Source: Antedon mediterranea (taxonomy: Eukaryota > Animalia > Echinodermata). From it: a DNA stretch of 64,000 nucleotides. How positions within the stretch are numbered: the first letter of the stretch is position 1; each line of letters begins with the position of its first letter. Location: positions 22,772,871 to 22,836,870 of the forward strand of contig NC_092676.1 in NCBI RefSeq assembly GCF_964355755.1. Direction: 5' to 3'. Below, piece by piece: positions 26,750 to 39,025 of this stretch. The position numbers were made by a program, and so were the translations under genes. A model generated the notes under the pieces. That model did not search any database. It had not been told where the DNA came from and was given only the letters and a program-made list of their open reading frames with translations.

Positions 26750-27235
26750 CTCATGGGATTCGAACCCCATACATCGACATGTCCACAGTCCTCTTGACTA
26801 CACAGACGGCTCGACTACAGGAGGCGGCTTGACATTGCATTAGCGAATTGTAATTAGCTTAATTCTTACGTCACACCTTATGGATATAACTAATGAATAT
26901 TCATGTTTATTTTGTAACTCCCTAATGCAAATGGGCTTCGAATCTCATGTGCAACTCATTTTTACTTTATAGTGAGAGAGATTATTTAGAGGGTTAAGTT
27001 TAGTTATTTAGGAAGTAGTTCGGCTATCTTTCACATAAGAGGTCCCCAACTTATGTATGAAAAAACTACTGAAAAAAACTACACTACGAATACATTTTAA
27101 TGCATTACCGTACTAAATGTTTTTAGTTTGTCAAGTGTTTAATTAACTCATGTAAAGGAAATTTAAACAGCTACAGGCATTATTACAAAATAAGTCTAAC
27201 ATGATATGGTCTAAATATATGTGATGTTGCATAGC

Positions 27236-27285
27236 CATGGGGAGAAATAAAATTTAGTAACAGTAACTACCTATTTCTCTCCATG
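27236..27285. mobile_element. 50-bp P-like micro-element
   Basis: CATGGGGAGAAATA...TATTTCTCTCCATG with an imperfect TSD (CATAGC / CATAAGC). Confidence 0.45.
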
Positions 27286-28094
27286 CATAAGCACAGCATC
27301 ATCGGATTTTTTTAGCTGATTGTTTATGAAATATATAATTATCACTTGCTAAAAAAATAAAACTGGGCTAGATTGGTAGATAACTTAGCATGGACTTCAT
27401 AGTAGTATAGTAAATTAGCTATGGCCAAATTTGAAATAATAGAGGGCACTATAGAATATTTTCCATTTTTGCAATTTTGAACTAAAGAAAGAGTAATGAA
27501 GGTTTGATAACATTTTTTGGTCGGTCTGGATTGGGCAACTTTTAAGACCTATAGTGTACAATAATTGGCATTGTACCGTTACTCAATAATACTAATAAAT
27601 AGTGAATAAGGTACTGTAAGTTTAATACTTTTCCACAAGGCAGCGAAGGCTTGCCATACTTGTCGCCCTCTGTAGTTTGATGTCGTTGGATTTTTTGAGC
27701 TATATATCCAATACCAAATTGGCGAGTAAATCATGTTTTACTTTAAATTAAATTTATACGCTCTTCCACAAGGTCAATTGTTAGTTATACATACAGACTA
27801 TATTAAAACAATGATTTTGAACACGTAGGGCATTTCTTTGAATTCTTTCCTATTGTCGTTTTGTGGTAATTTACAGCTTTTTATATGTTTAACAAACGTA
27901 CATAATCAATTGCGTCTGCATCATGCTAGACTACAACTTCCGGTAGTGACGTAATCAGCATATTTTTGGTAATAAAACTTTTTCACTAAGCTAGGGAATC
28001 TTCTGATATCAATATTCATTAGACCGTACTTTAGTTAGCCAATCAAAATAAACGTATAAACAATTTTGCGGCGATGTTGTTGAGGTAAAATATA

Positions 28095-29048
28095 CTGTGT
28101 TTTACAATAACCAATTTGGTTAGAGTAAAACACAATGATAAAGAATAGGAAACATTTAATAATATGATAAATGTCATTACATAGCAATTTATCACTGTGT
28201 TTTACTATAACCAATTTGGTTAGAGTAAAACACAATGATATAGAATAGGCAACATTTAATAATATGATAAATGACATTTACATAGCAATTTAGCACTGTG
28301 TTTTACTATAAACAATTTGGTTAAAGTAAAGCAGAATGATAAAGAATAGGAATTTAATAATATGATATATGACATTTACATAGCAATTTAGCACTGTGTT
28401 TTACTATAACCAATTTGGTTAGAGTAAAACACAATGATAAAGAATAGGAAACATTTAATAATATGATATATGACATTCACATAGCAATTTAGCACTGTGT
28501 TTTACTATAACCAATTTGGTTAGAGTAAAACACAATGATATAGAATAGGAAACATTTAATAATTTGATAAATGACATTTACATAGCAATTAGCACTGTGT
28601 TTTACTATAACCAATTTGGTTAAAGTAAAACACAATGATAAAGAATAGGAAACACTTAATAATATGATAAATGACATTTACATAGCAATTTAGCACTGTG
28701 TTTTACTATAACCAATTTGGTTAAAGTAAAGCAGAATGATGAAGAATAGGAATTTAATAATATGATATATGACATTTACATAGAAATTTAGCACTGTGTT
28801 TTACTATAACCAATTTGGTTAAAGTAAAACACAATGATAAAGATTAGGAAATATTTAACAATAATGATTATTTACATAGCAATTTAGCACTGTGTTTTAC
28901 TATAACCAATTTGGTTATAGTAAAACACAATGATATAGAATAGGAAACATTTAATAATATGATAAATGACATTTACATAGCAATTTATCACTGTGTTTTA
29001 CTATAACCAATTTGGTTAGAGTAAAACACAATGATAAAGAATAGGAAA
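28095..29048 (+). repeat. ~100-bp hairpin satellite, left part (~9.5 units)
   Basis: TGTGTTTTACTATAACCAATTTGGTTARAGTAAAACACA recurs with a 98-101-bp period. Confidence 0.95.
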
Positions 29049-32000
29049 TATGGCAAGCCTCAGCTGTCTGAAGTATTCAAAATATTATATTATTATATCA
29101 TTTTTTTATTATATTATATATTGTATTGTAATGAATTATACGTTTTGCATTATATTACTTGGTTTAAGCATTATATTATATCTATTTCTAATATATTATG
29201 TGAAAAATGTAACAAATTATTGACTTTTTGTATTATATTATTTGGTTTTAGCATTATATTATGAACATTTAATATTATATTATTAATAAAATACATTATA
29301 TTATAATATAATTGTATTATATTAAACGCATTTACTTTACTTTATAACATACAACATTATTATATTATACGGATTCGTTAGTTATATTATTATTTTGTAT
29401 GATGTTTATTATACGTCACGGCTTATTTTAGTTCTTCTAACTCTTTCTCTCCCTCCCCCTGTTCACTAGCAATCAGCGGCCGGCAGAATCTGAATTGTGT
29501 GACTGTTGAAGAATAACTACGTACTAGGCCTAGCCTAGGCCTACTAGGGGATCTAATAACCTAGACAAGTGACCAAGGATCACCGGACAGCTACAACTAA
29601 TACTACAATACAATAATACTACTACAATAACTACTACTGCTACTACCTAGGCCTAGCTAGTGAGTAGTAGGTAGCTACTACTAGGCTCTAGGGCGTATGT
29701 ATGATGTTAACTGGGCCTAGGCTAGGCCTAGAGGCCTACTAGTACTAGGCTAGGCCTAGACTTAAGTTGTAGTAGGCTAGGGCCGGGCCTGCTGCCTTAG
29801 GCTAGGCTACTACTACTACTACTAGGCAGCCCATGATGGGTACGAGTAAGCCAAAATTTTGGATATATGTAAACCAAAATTTGGGTACGAGCGTGTTGGC
29901 ATGGCATGGGTACGGGTTGACCTGTATCCTTCTAGCTAATCGTACTATGCCTAGGCCTCAAGTAAGTCTACGCTACCCAGTCCGGCTACAATATGGTCTA
30001 TTGTTTTATAGCTTTATTGATAGCTGGGTTCAAATCTGGGTTGGGACGGCTTTTTCTCATTCTAAAACAGATTTCCTTATCATAATAAAATAATATATGA
30101 ATTTATTTGTAATATTGTAATGTATACATAATATAAGTAATTGCCATTGCCTTTATTACTATTAATTATGTATTATACGGTTACCCCTTAATTATACTAT
30201 AGTATAATTTCCTTGTTATATTTTATTCCTAATTCTACAATTTTGTCTTTCACAGCACAAATTTATCATACTGAATCATCACACACCAAGTCTCATAAAT
30301 CTCTACTGTATTTGTCCAAGCTACTCCAGCTACATTGTATTGCCTTGAGGCTAAACTACACGGTATACTGGCACTACCATCATTCCTGGCTCGTCAACCA
30401 GTACCACATAAGCACAGTTTCAGTTTATTTACCATTTCAATTTCTGAACATAAGAGATGAACAACTTATATGGATGGATAACCATAAGAGCGAAGCTCGT
30501 TTACTGGTCACCCGTTAGTGCAGTGACATTACAGACAACATAAAGACAGGACAAAGGTGCAATACTTAACAAGACATGTGAACACTTGTGTTTGCAACCC
30601 CTTGGATAAAATAATATATTTATATAATGGAGAAAGTTAGATATTATATTATTTCTTTTTGATCATACAATGATAATTTTTAAATTACTTCTTAAGAAGT
30701 CATACTACTGATTCAAAATAGTGACTTACACCCTGTGGTCAAGGCTTTATTTGCTCTTATGCTTATTTCCTCCAACATACAGAGTACATAGGACTTTTTT
30801 TATTCATAACTGTTGAATTGTTTCCCAATACATAGTACCTATTGGTATTATATCTAAAAATACAAAGGCGGCTAACACAGATAGTTCCATATATACAGTA
30901 CTCTTTTATAAATAAATGTATCTCTCCAAACTACTCCCAACTACCTAATCTAAAAATAGTACTATTAGCATACTACTATACACTTTGTAGACAAGAAATA
31001 AGTTGTATACACCTACAGGACTTATGGTAGTGCAGTCGATCGCCCTCTCACTGGCCCGGTCAACATAATCTATACCTAGATTATTACAGTAATTAAAGTA
31101 CAGTATTACAGAGTTTTTTTTTTGTTGCAGAAATCAAAGTTATGTGTATAGAAAGCAGTACTCGTATTAAAAACTAAGCAGGTTGCAGGTCTTGAACGCA
31201 AACTGGCAGGATATTTTGAATATTTTTTGTTGTTGAAATGATGGAATCCTAACTTCAATTTCCACGAACCCTTTTATTTAAATTTATTTGAATAGACCTC
31301 CATGTAAACTCATTAAAGGCTACATGATTGTTTTATATTTTAATATGTGATAGTAGAAAATCATTGTGTATAATGAGGACTATGAATCTGATATTTACTT
31401 GCATTCTCATCTTTTTAAATTATTATTTATAATGCCGGTAATGAGTTTAAAATTTAATTATATTGACTATTTTTGATAATCATCATGTCCTTATAAATTC
31501 ATTTATATTTCTTTTGTGTAATATAGTTCATATATTATGTATTAAGTAAATTGGTAAGGCCCTATACTGTTACTATTTAAGGAAAGTTTATATACACTAT
31601 TATTTTATGCCTACCAATATTAGTATTAATTGTTTATGTAAATATTTTGTCTAATTGCCTTGATTTTTTGTATAGGCCAATGGCATCAATGTTTTTCTCA
31701 AAGCAAATTAGCCTAATAATGCCACATTTAGACACATGATTCATTGATTTCTGATATTCTGTACTTGTGTATGCATTACTAAAATAGTAGTTAATATATT
31801 TCATTTATAATGTATGTATAAACATATATTCATATTTTTTTTAACATTTTTAAATTTAAAAATTATTACAATACCTATCTACCTTTCTGATATTGTTACT
31901 ATTATATAATATTCTTTGAGGCAGCAATAAAAAAAAAATTAGAACAATTAATTTGAGTTATACTGTACTATGTTAGTTCAGGAGATGAAGTGTGTGTGGG

Positions 32001-35000
32001 CAGAAACTAGTGTGTTGGAGGTTGGTGGTGTGAGGTGTATAGTTGTCACTTTAAGACCTAAATTAGATGTTTTCTGAAGAAAAGAAGTAAGCGCATACGC
32101 TTTCAAACAACAACAAGAAGATTCACACAAAAATAATTACTTTCCAATAAAGTAGTATAACAGTGTATATTACAGTACATTGAATAAACTCGAGCGGAAT
32201 AATAACGCACATAAAAAAACATTCATTTTCTTTTCGAAAAGTGCCCTCTCTAGTTTTCTATTAATTTATTAATAATTATTATTAATTAATGAGTAATATG
32301 AACATATTTTTAACATTCAATGCTGGAAGCTGGTTCTACTCCTAACAAAGTTTCATATCTCCAAATTTCATCAACGTATTCAAAGCACTTCAATATTAAA
32401 TATCACATTTAACATAAAAATTCGGGTTTTGGATAGAATTTTGCTTAAAAACATATACAAAAAACATCGATAAAAAATACTTTTCGTATTCAAAAACATT
32501 TGATACTTGGTATAAATGTTCACTATAGGTTGCTCTATTCACAGAAAAAAATTGCATTCATGAACGTTTTTTGTTGGTTGTTTTTTCGAAATAGTTATTA
32601 GCTTGAAAAAAATGAGTTGGAATTGTATGGTCTTTCATAAGTGTACATTTTGTAAAAACGTAAATTTAAAAAATCAGTGATATGGCTTGATAGTTATTTT
32701 TTGTTTGCAATATGGATGGAGCAACCTATATTGAACATTTATACCAAGTATCAAATGTTTTTGAATACGAAAAGTATTTTTTATCGATGTTTTTTGTATA
32801 TGTTTTTAAGCAAAATTATATCCAAAACCTGAATTTGTAATGTTAAATGTAATTTATTTAAGCGCTTTGAATACGTTGATGAAATTTGGAGATATGAAAC
32901 TTTGTTAGGCGTAGATACAGTTTCCAGCATTACATTTTAAAAATATGTTTATATTACTCATTAATTAATAATAATTATTAATAAATTAATAGAAAACTAG
33001 AGAGGGCACTTTTCGACAAGAAAATGAATGTTTTTTATGTGCGTTATTATTCCGCTCGAGTTTATTCAATGTACTGTAATTATTATACACTGTTATACTA
33101 TTTTATTGGAAAGTAATTATTTTTGTGTGAATCTTCTTGGAGTTGTTTGAAGGCGTATCCGCTTACTTCTTTTCTTCAGAAAACATCTAATTTAGGTCTT
33201 AAAGTGCACGACAACTATACACCTCACACCACCAACCTCCAACACACTAGTTTCTGCCCACACACACTTCATCTCCTGAACTAACATAGTACAGTATAAG
33301 TCAAATAAATTTTTTAATTTTTTTTTATTGCTGCCTCAAAAAATATTATATAATAGTAACAATATCAGAAAGGTAGATAGGTATTGTAATAATTTTTAAA
33401 TTTAAAAATGTTAAAAAAAATATGAATATATGTTTATACATACATTATAAATGAAATATATTAACTACTATTTTAGTAATGCATACACAAGTACAGAATA
33501 TCAGAAATCAATGAATCATGTGTCTAAATGTGGCATTATTAGGCTAATTTGCTTTGAGAAAAACATTGATGCCATTGGCCTATACAAAAATCAAGGCAAT
33601 TAGACAAAATATTTACATAAACAATTAATACTAATATTGGTAGGCATAAAATAATAGTGTATATAAACTTTCCTTAAATAATAACAGTATAGGGCCTTAC
33701 CAATTTATTTAATACATAATATATGAACTATATTACACAAAGAAAGTATAAATGAATTTATAAGGACATGATGATTATCAAAAATAGTCAATATAATTAA
33801 ATTTTAAACTCATTACCGGCATTATATATAATATTTTAAAAAGATAAGAATGCAAGTAAATATCAGATTCATAGTCCTCATTATACAAAATGATTTCCTA
33901 CTATCACATATTAAAATAATCATAAAACAATCATGTAGCCTTTAATGACTTTACATGCAGGTCTATTCAAATAAATTTAAATAAAAGGGTCATAATATGT
34001 CTTCGTCTCCAGTTCGTGGAAAGTGAGTTAGGATTCCATCATTTCAACAACAAAAAATATTCAAAATATCCTGCCAGTTTGCGTTCAAGACCTGCAACCT
34101 GCTTAGTTTTTAATACGAGTACTGCTTTCTATACACATAACTTTGATTTCTGCAAAAAAAAAAAAACTCTGTAATAATGTACTTTAATTACTGTAATAAT
34201 CTAGGTATAGATTATGTTGACCGGGCCAGTGAGAGGGCGATCGACTGTACTACCATAAGTCCTGTAGGTGTATACAACTTATTTCTTGTCTACAAAGTGT
34301 ATAGTAGTATGCTAATAGTACTATTATTAGATTAGGTAGTTGGGAGTAGTTTGGAGAGATACATCTATCTATAAAAGAGTACTGTATATATAGAACTATC
34401 TGTGTTAGCCGCCTTTGTATTTTTAGATATAATACCAATAGGTACTATGTATTGGGAAACAATTCAACAGTTATGAATAAAAAAAAGTCCTATGTACTCT
34501 GTATGTTGGAGGAAATAAGCATAAGAGCAAATAAAGCCTTGACCACAGGGTGTAAGTCACTATTTTGAATCAGTAGTATGACTTCTTAAGAAGTAATTTA
34601 AAAATTATCATTGTATGATCAAAAAGAAATATTATAATATCTAACTTTCTCCTTTATATAAATATATTATTTTATCCAAGGGGTTGCAAACACAAGTGTT
34701 CACATGTCTTAGTATTGCACCTTTGTCCTGTCTTTATGTTGTCTGTAATGTCACTGCACTAACGGGTGACCGGTAAACGAGCTTCGCTCTTACGGTTATC
34801 CATCCATATAAGTTGTTCATCTCTTATGTTCAGAAATTGAAATGGTAAATAAACTGAAACTGTGCTTATGTGGTACTGGTTGACGAGCCAGGAATGATGG
34901 TAGTGCCAGTATACCGTATAGTTTAGCCTCAAGGCAATACAATGTAGCTGGAGTAGCTTGGACAAATACAGTAGAGATTTATGAGACTTGGTGTGTGATG

Positions 35001-36229
35001 ATTCAGTATGATAAATTTGTGCTGTGAAAGACAAAATTGTAGAATTAGGAATAAAATATAACAAGGAAATTATACTATAGTATAATTAAGGGGTAACCGT
35101 ATAATACATAATTAATAGTAATAAAGGCAATGGCAATTACTTATATTATGTATACATTACAATATTACAAATAAATTCATATATTATTTTATTATAAGGA
35201 AATCTGTTTTAGAATGAGAAAAAGCCGTCCCAACCCAGATTTGAACCCAGCTATCAATAAAGCTATAAAACAAAATAGACCATATTGTAGCCGGACTGGG
35301 TAGCGTAGACTTACTTGAGGCCTAGGCATAGTACGATTAGCTAGAAGGATACAGGTCAACCCGTACCCATGCCATGCCAACACGCTCGTACCCAAATTTT
35401 GGTTTACATATATCCAAAATTTTGGCTTACTCGTACCCATCATGGGCTGCCTAGTAGTAGTAGTAGTAGTAGTAGCCTAGCCTAAGGCAGCAGGCCCGGC
35501 CCTAGCCTACTACAACTTAAGTCTAGGCCTAGCCTAGTACTAGTAGGCCTCTAGGCCTAGCCTAGGCCCTAGTAGTTAACATCATACATACGCCCTAGAG
35601 CCTAGTAGTAGCTACCTACTACTCACTAGCTAGGCCTAGGTAGTAGCAGTAGTAGTTATTGTAGTAGTATTATTGTATTGTAGTATTAGTTGTAGCTGTC
35701 CGGTGATCCTTGGTCACTTGTCTAGATCCCCTAGTAGGCCTAGGCTAGGCCTAGTACGTAGTTATTCTTCAACAGTCACACAATTCAGATTCTGCCGGCC
35801 GCTGATTGCTAGTGAACAGGGGGAGGGAGAGAAAGAGTTAGAAGAACTGAAATAAGCCGTGACGTATAATAAACATCATACAAATTAATAATATAACTAA
35901 CGAATCCGTATAATATAATAATGTTGTATGTTATAAAGTAAAGTAAATGCGTTTAATATAATACAATTATATTATAATATAATGTATTTTTTTAATAATA
36001 TAATATTAAATGTTCATAATATAATGCTAAAACCAAATAATATAATACAAAAAGTCAATAATTTGTTACATTTTTCACATAATATATTAGAAATAGATAT
36101 AATATAATGCTAAAACCAAGTAATATAATGCAAAACGTATAATTCATTACAATACAATATATAATATAATAAAAAAATGATATAATAATATAATATTTTG
36201 AATACTTCAGACAGCTGAGGCTTGCCATA
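29049..36229. mobile_element. 7.2-kb non-autonomous fold-back element with IS3EU-like termini
   Basis: TATGGCAAGCC...GGCTTGCCATA ends; 6-bp TSD AGGAAA (29043-29048, 36230-36235); arms 29049-~32541 and ~32713-36229 are reverse complements; no transposase ORF. Confidence 0.88.
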
Positions 36230-38960
36230 AGGAAACATTTAATAATAATGATTATTTACATAGCAATTTAGCACTGTGTTTTACTATAACCAATTTGGTT
36301 ATAGTAAAACACAATGATAAAGAATAGGAAACATTTAATAATATGATATATGACATTCACATAGCAATTTAGCACTGTGTTTTACTATAACCAATTTGGT
36401 TAAAGTAAAACACAATGATAAAGATTAGGAAATATTTAACAATAATGATTATTTACATAGCAATTTAGCACTGTGTTTTACTATAACCAATTTGGTTATA
36501 GTAAAACACAATGATATAGAATAGGAAACATTTAATAATATGATAAATGACATTTACATAGCAATTTATCACTGTGTTTTACTATAACCAATTTGGTTAG
36601 AGTAAAACACAATGATAAAGAATAGGAAACATTTAATAATAATGATTATTTACATAGCAATTTAGCACTGTGTTTTACTATAACCAATTTGGTTATAGTA
36701 AAACACAATGATAAAGAATAGGAAACATTTAATAATATGATATATGACATTTACATAGAAATTTAGCACTGTGTTTTACTATAACCAATTTGGTTAAAGT
36801 AAAACACAATGATAAAGATTAGGAAATATTTAACAATAATGATTATTTACATAGCAATTTAGCACTGTGTTTTACTATAACCAATTTGGTTATAGTAAAA
36901 CACAATGATATAGAATAGGAAACATTTAATAATATGATAAATGACATTTACATAGCAATTTATCACTGTGTTTTACTATAACCAATTTGGTTAGAGTAAA
37001 ACACAATGATAAAGAATAGGAAACATTTAATAATAATGATTATTTACATAGCAATTTAGCACTGTGTTTTACTATAACCAATTTGGTTATAGTAAAACAC
37101 AATGATAAAGAATAGGAAACATTTAATAATATGATATATGACATTTACATAGCAATTTAGCACTGTGTTTTACTATAAACAATTTGGTTAAAGTAAAGCA
37201 GAATGATAAAGAATAGGAATTTAATAATATGATATATGACATTTACATAGCAATTTAGCACTGTGTTTTACTATAACCAATTTGGTTAGAGTAAAACACA
37301 ATGATAAAGAATAGGAAACATTTAATAATATGATATATGACATTCACATAGCAATTTAGCACTGTGTTTTACTATAACCAATTTGGTTAGAGTAACACAA
37401 TGATATAGAATAGGAAACATTTAATAATTTGATAAATGACATTTACATAGCAATTAGCACTGTGTTTTACTATAACCAATTTGGTTAAAGTAAAACACAA
37501 TGATAAAGAATAGGAAACACTTAATAATATGATAAATGACATTTACATAGCAATTTAGCACTGTGTTTTACTATAACCAATTTGGTTAAAGTAAAGCAGA
37601 ATGATAAAGAATAGGAATTTAATAATATGATATATGACATTTACATAGCAATTTAGCACTGTGTTTTACTATAACCAATTTGGTTAGAGTAAAACACAAT
37701 GATAAAGATTAGGAAATATTTAATAATAATGATTATTTACATAGCAATTTAGCACTGTGTTTTACTATAACCAATTTGGTTATAGTAAAACACAATGATA
37801 TAGAATAGGAAACATTTAATAATATGATAAATGACATTTACATAGCAATTTATCACTGTGTTTTACTATAACCAATTTGGTTAGAGTAAAACACAATGAT
37901 AAAGAATAGGAAACATTTAATAATAATGATTATTTACATAGCAATTTAGCACTGTGTTTTACTATAACCAATTTGGTTATAGTAAAACACAATGATAAAG
38001 AATAGGAAACATTTAATAATATGATATATGACATTCACATAGCAATTTAGCACTGTGTTTTACTATAACCAATTTGGTTAGAGTAAAACACAATGATATA
38101 GAATAGGAAACATTTAATAATTTGATAAATGACATTTACATAGCAATTTATCACTGTGTTTTACTATAACCAATTTGGTTATGGTAAAGCACAATGATAT
38201 AGAATAGGAAACATTTAATAATAATGATTATTTACATAGCAATTTAGCACCATGTTTTACTATAACCAATTTGGTTATGGTAAAGCACAATGATATAGAA
38301 TAGGAAACATTTAATAATATGATAAATGTCATTACATAGCAATTTAGCACTGTGTTTTACTATAACCAATTTGGTTAGAGTAAAACACAATGACAAAGAA
38401 TAGGAAACATTTAATAATAATGATTATTTACATAGCTAGCAATTTAGCACAATGTTTTACTATAACCAATTTGGTTATGGTAAAGCACAATGATATAGAA
38501 TAGGAAACATTTAATAATATGATAAATGTCATTACATAGCAATTTAGCACTGTGTTTTACTATAACCAATTTGGTTAGAGTAAAACACAATGATAAAGAA
38601 TAGGAAACATTTTAATAACATGATAAATGACATTCACATAGAAATTTAGCACTGTGTTTTACTATAACCAATTTGATTAGAGTAAAGCACAATGATAAAG
38701 AATATGAAACATTTAATAATATGATAAATGACATTTACATAGTAATTTATCACTGTGTTTTACTATAACCAATTTGGTTAGAGTAAAACATTTTAACTAT
38801 GATAAATGATATTTAGCACTGTGCTGGATACAGTAAAACACAAATTAAGAATAGGAAACATATAATAATATGATACGTTTACATACAAATTTAGTATTGT
38901 GTTTTACTATAGCCAATTTGGTTACAGTAAAACACAATGATAATGAAACATTTATTATAT
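36230..38960 (+). repeat. ~100-bp hairpin satellite, right part (~27 units, decaying at the 3' end)
   Basis: The same monomer resumes in register immediately after the TSD. Confidence 0.95.
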
Positions 38961-39025
38961 GATATTATTTACATAGCAAAATATTATATTAAACATATCT
39001 TATTATCTAAACGTTATGAAAAGAA

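Noticed and set aside
29833-35443. Mirror-image ORF pairs (86/83, 101/101 and 62/62 aa)
   Set aside because: They are by-products of the inverted arms; there are no recognisable motifs and one pair differs by a frameshift.
29049-36229. Polinton/Maverick (also 6-bp TSD)
   Set aside because: The termini are TATGG rather than AG-type, and there are no polymerase, integrase or capsid ORFs.
28095-38960. Palindromic repeats at regular spacing resembling a CRISPR array
   Set aside because: The intervening sequences are near-identical rather than unique spacers; the context is eukaryotic and there are no cas genes.
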